Shown here: positions 58,589-64,000 of the stretch, piece after piece | Numbering within the stretch: the first letter of the stretch is position 1 | Layout: every line of letters begins with the position of its first letter | Source of the DNA: Promethearchaeota archaeon Loki_b31 | GTDB lineage: Archaea; Asgardarchaeota; Lokiarchaeia; Sigyniarchaeales; SOKP01 | DNA length: 64,000 bases | Direction: 5' to 3' | Assembly (NCBI GenBank): GCA_005222975.1 | Contig: NJBI01000002.1 | Coordinates: forward strand, 71,475 to 135,474 | Program-made: the position numbers and the translations under genes | Notes under the pieces: generated by a model | What the model saw: only the letters and a program-made list of their open reading frames with translations | What the model was told of the DNA's origin: nothing | Database searches by the model: none

Positions 58589-59794
58589 TTAGAGATATAA
58601 ATATCCCTGATGGTTGCCTTTGGTCGAGAGTCGTAAAGATCCAAGTAATATTTTCTTCACTTTACTTTGTTCTTTAAAACTCAGATCTGAAAATAATAGA
58701 ATATAATTTTTCTCTAAATTGATAACAAAAAGAAGACCAATTTTAATCATCTTAGAATCTTCTGTAAGCAAAGAAATAATTACATAATGATAAGGGAGAT
58801 TAATTAAATTATTAAGGTTGATTTCTACTTCTATAACTTCATCGTTTTCAACATCATAATCGTTTTTTATGAATTTAATATCGTTTAATGGTATTGAAAT
58901 CTTTCTATAGTTTTCTAAAACCTTTGCAAATTGACTCTGTCTTAAAAATCTTCTTTCTTCTTTATCTTTTTCGTAAAAAAATTCATTGTGCTCCTTTAAA
59001 AGAAAGATCTTTCTTTTCTTCGATTTAAACGCATTTTTTTCAATTTCTTTTAATTCTTCAATAGAATCGTCGTGAAATACAATCAAAATATCAGGATCGA
59101 CAGTATCTATGAAAAAATTTTTATAAATAATTCCTGCTTCAGTTCTTATCCATCCATCACTATCAATAAGAATGACATCCGTATCCTTATGCCTTTCAAC
59201 AAAATTATTTATCAAATTTTTGCAAGAATGTGAAACAATAAATTTAAAATTAGCTTTTGGGAAAGTGCTTCCAATAAAAACTGTTTCATCGGTATCAATT
59301 TCAGCGCTTGATACAATACCTTCTTTAATATCCCCTATATTAAGGGTTGTTGGGAGGTATAACAATTGTTGTCCTAAATCTGAATCAAGAAAAGCTGCTT
59401 TTAATCCTTCGCTAACAATATTGTTGGCTAAAAATTTTATGAGAGTAGTTTTACCACTACTAATTCCTAACACCATTGCTTTTAATGGTTTATTAGGTTC
59501 GTTTTTTCTAATCGCGCTAATAATTGAATCCTTAATTTTCACCCATTCATTATTGATCGTGTTTTCTTCAATTATTTCTACATTATCTTTATGACCCGTG
59601 AAAATCTCAAACTTCGATGGTTCCAACGCATATAATGGATAATTATTAGCAATTGGAATGATTATTGTGTTTTTTTTTTCGCTTTTTTTAGGTACTAATG
59701 TTTTTCCAAAGACTTCAATTTTTCCTTCTAATAAAATAACCCTTGTAGGACCTTTAATTAAAAGAGTATGTCCTTTTTGTACGTCTTGTATCAT
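58589..59794 (-). CDS. Clp1/Nol9-family polynucleotide 5'-kinase-like protein
   Basis: N-terminal GP...L.G.I.VFG domain, SGKTT, DSDLGQ, IDSDGW, ERRFLR. Confidence 0.85.
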   Translation of the reverse strand: MIQDVQKGHTLLIKGPTRVILLEGKIEVFGKTLVPKKSEKKNTIIIPIANNYPLYALEPSKFEIFTGHKDNVEIIEENTINNEWVKIKDSIISAIRKNEPNKPLKAMVLGISSGKTTLIKFLANNIVSEGLKAAFLDSDLGQQLLYLPTTLNIGDIKEGIVSSAEIDTDETVFIGSTFPKANFKFIVSHSCKNLINNFVERHKDTDVILIDSDGWIRTEAGIIYKNFFIDTVDPDILIVFHDDSIEELKEIEKNAFKSKKRKIFLLKEHNEFFYEKDKEERRFLRQSQFAKVLENYRKISIPLNDIKFIKNDYDVENDEVIEVEINLNNLINLPYHYVIISLLTEDSKMIKIGLLFVINLEKNYILLFSDLSFKEQSKVKKILLGSLRLSTKGNHQGYLYL

Positions 59795-59895
59795 ATATTC
59801 CTCAAATCATCTTATATAATAAAAATAATAATTATTTTTTCTTCTTACATTTTATACTTATTAACTAACAGAAATATACTTTTTCTTTCATTACC

Positions 59896-60342
59896 TTAAA
59901 TTTTTAATTCATAAATATGTAATGTTTCTTGAAAACCCAATTTCGTAAACAATATTTTTGCGGCATTATCTGCGTCTTGCTCTAAAGCTAATCTGATCGA
60001 ATGGATATGATTTCTTTTAAAAAAATCAACAATATATCTCACGATTTCTTCTCCTATTCCTAATCTCCTTTTTTCTTCCTTTACAATTAAGTTAGAAATT
60101 AAACCAAATCGATTACCCTTATTATCTGATGTTCTAATTGAACAATTTGCCATTCCAATAATGGATTTTTTTTCATCATCAAACACTACAAATACTTCAG
60201 AATTTGAATCTTTTTTCATATGTTCCATTATACTATTTCTCCATCTCTCTTCATCAAATTCCTGACCCTTTAATATGCAAAGATTCTTCATTAATAATGT
60301 GATTTCCTCTGTATCCCTTTCTGAAAATTCCCTAATTAACAT
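59896..60342 (-). CDS. GNAT acetyltransferase
   Basis: LIVKEEKRRLGIG, A..LF.KLGF. Confidence 0.88.
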   Translation of the reverse strand: MLIREFSERDTEEITLLMKNLCILKGQEFDEERWRNSIMEHMKKDSNSEVFVVFDDEKKSIIGMANCSIRTSDNKGNRFGLISNLIVKEEKRRLGIGEEIVRYIVDFFKRNHIHSIRLALEQDADNAAKILFTKLGFQETLHIYELKI

Positions 60343-60425
60343 TTTTTAAAAATTTTTAAATTACTTCCATCTAATTATAATAAATATATTTTTTTTTAAA
60401 TTATTTGTTGATTATTCTTTCTAAA

Positions 60426-61202
60426 TTAATTACAAACCTCATCGATAAAATTTATTAGTGTGGAAACAATCTCATCGTGATCTGGACTACATAAAATTGG
60501 ATGGTCATTATGGTCTAACCATATTTTTTTCTTGACTATAGAATTAACAATTTCATAAATAAAATCCATACTATTCTTTTTAATTTGTGAGTCTAAGCGT
60601 CCTTGAAAAAATAAAGCAGGACAATTTATTGCTCCTAATGCTTTTTTCATTTCCTTCATTAGCTTATTAAATTTTCCAATAATATTAAGGGGAATTTTAT
60701 CGTAACCCACCCATTTTCCATTTGTTTCTTGTTTAAACTTTTTTAATGGAATGGGATAATATTTGATGAATATTTTTAACAATGGAACTAATTTGGGAGC
60801 AAATCCTCGAATTCCAATGGGGGCGCTTATAGTAAAGACTCCATCGATGTTAATATTACTTGCTAATATTAAAGAGAAAACACCCCCCATAGAATGACCT
60901 CCAACTATAATTTTTTCACATTTTTCTCTAATTAATATTATTTCTTTTTCTAAAGCTCTTTTCCACGCACTTAAAGGAGTAATTCGTAAATCTTCGGGTG
61001 AGGTTCCAAATCCTGGTAATAATGGTATATGAACGGTATACTTTTTTTGTGTGTGTAAATCTTCACCTAAAGGCTTTAGGTCCGCACAGGTTCCACCCCC
61101 TCCACCATGAATAATTATTATCCCAATATCATTTCCATTAAAATAAAAAGGTCCAGCACCAGATAAAGTAACTTTAGATTGATTATTCATATTAAATCGC
61201 AA
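60426..61202 (-). CDS. carboxylesterase (alpha/beta hydrolase)
   Basis: IHG, LPGFGTS, GHSMGG, QGRLD, H. Confidence 0.88.
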   Translation of the reverse strand: MRFNMNNQSKVTLSGAGPFYFNGNDIGIIIIHGGGGGTCADLKPLGEDLHTQKKYTVHIPLLPGFGTSPEDLRITPLSAWKRALEKEIILIREKCEKIIVGGHSMGGVFSLILASNINIDGVFTISAPIGIRGFAPKLVPLLKIFIKYYPIPLKKFKQETNGKWVGYDKIPLNIIGKFNKLMKEMKKALGAINCPALFFQGRLDSQIKKNSMDFIYEIVNSIVKKKIWLDHNDHPILCSPDHDEIVSTLINFIDEVCN

Positions 61203-61244
61203 ATTAAATCGGATTTTAGATAAAAAATTTGGCTCTAAATTTCT

Positions 61245-61772
61245 TCACTTTTTTATTTCTTTATAACAAGGAATGCAAATATTACTCTCTTGATATCTCA
61301 TGATACGGCTGTCCATTGTAAGTTCACCACATTGGTCACAGGGAACTGATTCTTCTATTTGAGCCAATATTGGAGGATCAAATTCAATTTCTCTTATATC
61401 AAAGAGATCTTCAGGTTCTAGATCTAAAAGCTTTTGAATTTTTTCATCCCTTGATAATTTTTTATTATCCAAAACAGAAGCTTTTAAAGCTAATTTAACC
61501 GCTTTTAGGCTCTTTCTACTGTATATCTTATAATTATTCTTACCATAATCATTATGAATTAAATTGCCTTTACCATATGTGGTACCTAATAATGCTTGAA
61601 GCGCGTCAACGCTACAATTATCCGTCTCAACAACAGCTACTAGTTCTTCGTCAGAAGAACGCTCAAAACCGTGTTCTAAAACATATTTAGCAACTAATAC
61701 GCCTATAGCGATACCTGGGCATAAATGACTGTGAAAAATCGTAGCTTTTTTCATTAACTCTCTAGTTTCCAT
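61245..61772 (-). CDS. FmdE/FwdE-family protein with C-terminal zinc finger
   Basis: FHSHLCPG, ETDNCSVDALQ, TYGKGNL, CxxC...CxxC. Confidence 0.9.
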   Translation of the reverse strand: METRELMKKATIFHSHLCPGIAIGVLVAKYVLEHGFERSSDEELVAVVETDNCSVDALQALLGTTYGKGNLIHNDYGKNNYKIYSRKSLKAVKLALKASVLDNKKLSRDEKIQKLLDLEPEDLFDIREIEFDPPILAQIEESVPCDQCGELTMDSRIMRYQESNICIPCYKEIKK

Positions 61773-61855
61773 TCAAAATCAGCTAATAATTTTAGATTTA
61801 TTGAAAATATCAAATAAATAATTTATTAGATGATTTAAATATATTTATAATAGGA

Positions 61856-62350
61856 ATGAAATTTCTTGTAGATGCCATGCTTGGCAAATTATCTCGGTTC
61901 TTGAGAATTTTTGGATTCGATACAATTTATGCTAACGATTTAATCGATTATTATCACGCTGATCCCGTTCCGGATGAAAAATTAAAACAATATGCCGAAA
62001 AGTATGATAGAATAATTATAACCAAAGATTTGCCGTTCTATCAAAAAATGAGGCAAAAATCAATATTTCTAGAAGGAAAAGGTGTCTATAACTATTTAAA
62101 CCAACTTAAGGTAAAGCTAAAATTAAACTATAACTTCGATATTGAAAAAGCACGATGCTCTATCTGCAATGCAATATTAAAAAAAGTAGAAAATCGAAAT
62201 TCGATAAAAAAATTGGTAAAACCTGAAACTTTCAAAAATTATACTGAATTTTATCAGTGTAATAATCCGAGCTGTAATAAAGTGTTTTGGCACGGACCAC
62301 ACATAATAGATATCAATAAAAAGATAAAAAATGAAGCTGATATTCAATAA
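61856..62350 (+). CDS. Mut7-C RNase (PIN-like) domain protein
   Basis: FLVDAMLGKL.RFLR..G.D, TKD, RCxxCN, C...C.KVFW.G.H. Confidence 0.9.
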   Translation: MKFLVDAMLGKLSRFLRIFGFDTIYANDLIDYYHADPVPDEKLKQYAEKYDRIIITKDLPFYQKMRQKSIFLEGKGVYNYLNQLKVKLKLNYNFDIEKARCSICNAILKKVENRNSIKKLVKPETFKNYTEFYQCNNPSCNKVFWHGPHIIDINKKIKNEADIQ

Positions 62351-62590
62351 TTACTGTTTTGATAAATAGTTTTTCTTTATATCGTTAAATCTTGCTTTAA
62401 CATTATCTGCTTCTGCTTTTTTTCCTCCCTTTTCAAACATTGTATGCGCTTGAGAGAGTAATTCAAGGGATTTTTTATATTCTCTATTTTTAAAATGATT
62501 TTCTGATAGTTCAACTAGATAGTGCCCTTTTTTAATGAAAAACTCAATAAATTGCGCAGAAGTATCAATTTTTCTACTCATCCTAAACAA
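62351..62590 (-). CDS. small helical hypothetical protein
   Basis: 79-aa ORF with a TPR-like helical hairpin. Confidence 0.65.
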   Translation of the reverse strand: MFRMSRKIDTSAQFIEFFIKKGHYLVELSENHFKNREYKKSLELLSQAHTMFEKGGKKAEADNVKARFNDIKKNYLSKQ

Positions 62591-62658
62591 TTCTTTTTTT
62601 TTGACTATATATCTTATAAAGTTAAATTAATTAAAATTAACTAAAAATTTGTTATATT

Positions 62659-64000
62659 CTATTTTTGTGCTTTTATACGGAACTCTTGCATCTCAATAAC
62701 TTTTCCTTTTAAACGAGATTCGTCAGCAGCAAAAGCCATGAGATGACTTTCTAAAGTTTCATTTGCGTTTGTTAATGGTTGGGATTTGCTCTTACCAACT
62801 AAAGTTTCTAAAAACGCATCGATTAATGAGAAATCGCCTCCGCCATGACCAGAACTATCAAGAGAGAGCTGTTGAGAAAAAATTACTTTTTCAGTACCTG
62901 AAAAATGATCGAATAAGGTAATTTTCTGCCCCGCATCGGAGAATTGTCCAATAATCGTAGCTTTAGTTCCGTCAATCCTTATTGTGCGCCCCTCCCGTTC
63001 ACTAAATCCATGCATTGTTAAATTAACTGTAACTTTATTTTCAAACTCAATATTAACAACCTGATGGTCAACTACATCGTTATCGCATTTATAGACGCAC
63101 CTACCGTAAGGACTCGTTTTTAGAATTTTCATTTTCGTTTCATCAGAGTAATCTTCGGTATTTTCTTCAGGGAGACCGGAATAAAGAGGTTCCACGGGCC
63201 AATCCCTCCAATATCTCAATCGCTGTAAAAGTTTAACTAATTTACTCAGTCTAGTTAAGAATTGTATATGATTTTTTCTCAGATTAGCTAGAAATCTCAA
63301 TCCTTTTCTCTCGCTTTTCTCTAATATTTGAATTATCGGAATAATATCAATATATATCCTTGGAGCATAATACAAACAAGTATCTTCTATAGGACATCCT
63401 TCTACGCAATATTTTGGAGCATTCTTAGGAGCGTTAGCAGAATTAAAATGTATTAGACTTCCAAACGAACTTATATTTTTTGGTAAAGCACCAACCATCC
63501 AAAATAACAAATCAAGATCGTGACAGCATTTTGCCAGTATCATAGGGGAGGATGTTCTTACATTTCTCCAGTTTCCTCTAACAAAACTGTGCGCCATATG
63601 ATACCAACCTAAATTTTCTCGATGTGAAATGTTTACAAGATTTCCCAATAATCCTTTTTGAATAGTATCCTTAATAGTCGAAAAGAAATTTGTATATCTT
63701 AAAACATGGCTAATTCCTAGTATTCTACCAGTCTTCTCAACTTTTTTGACAATTTTGATACAACCTTCTAAAGTGTGAGCCATAGGTTTTTCTAATAGAA
63801 CGTTGTACCCTATATCTAACGCCTTGATTGTAGGTTTAATGTGCATTTGATCCTGTGTGCAAATAAAAGCAGTTTCTGCTAATTTTTCTTCTTGTAATAA
63901 ATCCTCCCAACTTATAAAACACTTATTAGGGGGGATTTCATGAAGTTGAGCAAATTTTTCTCTTCTGATCTTAATAGGTTCAGCAACTGCTAAAAATTTC
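62659..64000 (-). CDS. Gfo/Idh/MocA-family oxidoreductase (5' end beyond the window)
   Basis: ICTQDQMH, LLEKP, HSFVRGNW, KCCHDLD, HGGGD; the frame stays open to the window edge (AVAEP..IRR). Confidence 0.9.
   Translation of the reverse strand, partial: KFLAVAEPIKIRREKFAQLHEIPPNKCFISWEDLLQEEKLAETAFICTQDQMHIKPTIKALDIGYNVLLEKPMAHTLEGCIKIVKKVEKTGRILGISHVLRYTNFFSTIKDTIQKGLLGNLVNISHRENLGWYHMAHSFVRGNWRNVRTSSPMILAKCCHDLDLLFWMVGALPKNISSFGSLIHFNSANAPKNAPKYCVEGCPIEDTCLYYAPRIYIDIIPIIQILEKSERKGLRFLANLRKNHIQFLTRLSKLVKLLQRLRYWRDWPVEPLYSGLPEENTEDYSDETKMKILKTSPYGRCVYKCDNDVVDHQVVNIEFENKVTVNLTMHGFSEREGRTIRIDGTKATIIGQFSDAGQKITLFDHFSGTEKVIFSQQLSLDSSGHGGGDFSLIDAFLETLVGKSKSQPLTNANETLESHLMAFAADESRLKGKVIEMQEFRIKAQK

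Noticed and set aside
52560-58590. Intact prophage, transposon or integrative element
   Set aside because: No integrase, transposase, terminal repeats or structural genes were recognised; described only as a decayed accessory island.
2338-59594. Numerous short antisense ORFs inside long genes (e.g. 2338..2598, 34335..34853, 46734..47249, 59172..59594)
   Set aside because: They are fully nested opposite well-supported genes and have the F/S/I-rich composition typical of shadow frames.

Overview
AT-rich archaeal chromosomal window, most likely an Asgard archaeon of the Lokiarchaeia/Promethearchaeota type. This is inferred from a Rab-like GTPase, a gelsolin-like domain, archaeal EF-1beta, Lsm, RIO2 and Clp1, and MutS/MutL. 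The window holds an 11-gene hdr/mvhD/flx/frhB-like electron-bifurcation cluster (2.0-14.8 kb), a por-type 2-oxoacid:ferredoxin oxidoreductase operon interrupted by a 4-PAS histidine kinase, lipid-acting hydrolases, RNA-processing genes, an orphan DNA methyltransferase and a decaying accessory island (52.6-58.6 kb). Three novelty candidates stand out. (1) A tandem trio of 8-Cys microproteins (one missing from the ORF track) lies directly upstream of hdrC, next to an Lrp regulator and a fourth Cys-rich microprotein. (2) A gelsolin-like domain is fused to a four-helix membrane domain. (3) An acidic-repeat/zinc-ribbon/nuclease gene of about 1,220 codons is broken by an in-frame TAG and an A15 frameshift, with an orphan C-terminal copy downstream. 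I found no rRNA, tRNA, CRISPR array, transposase, integrase or reverse transcriptase. All product calls come from motif recognition by eye; no database search was run.
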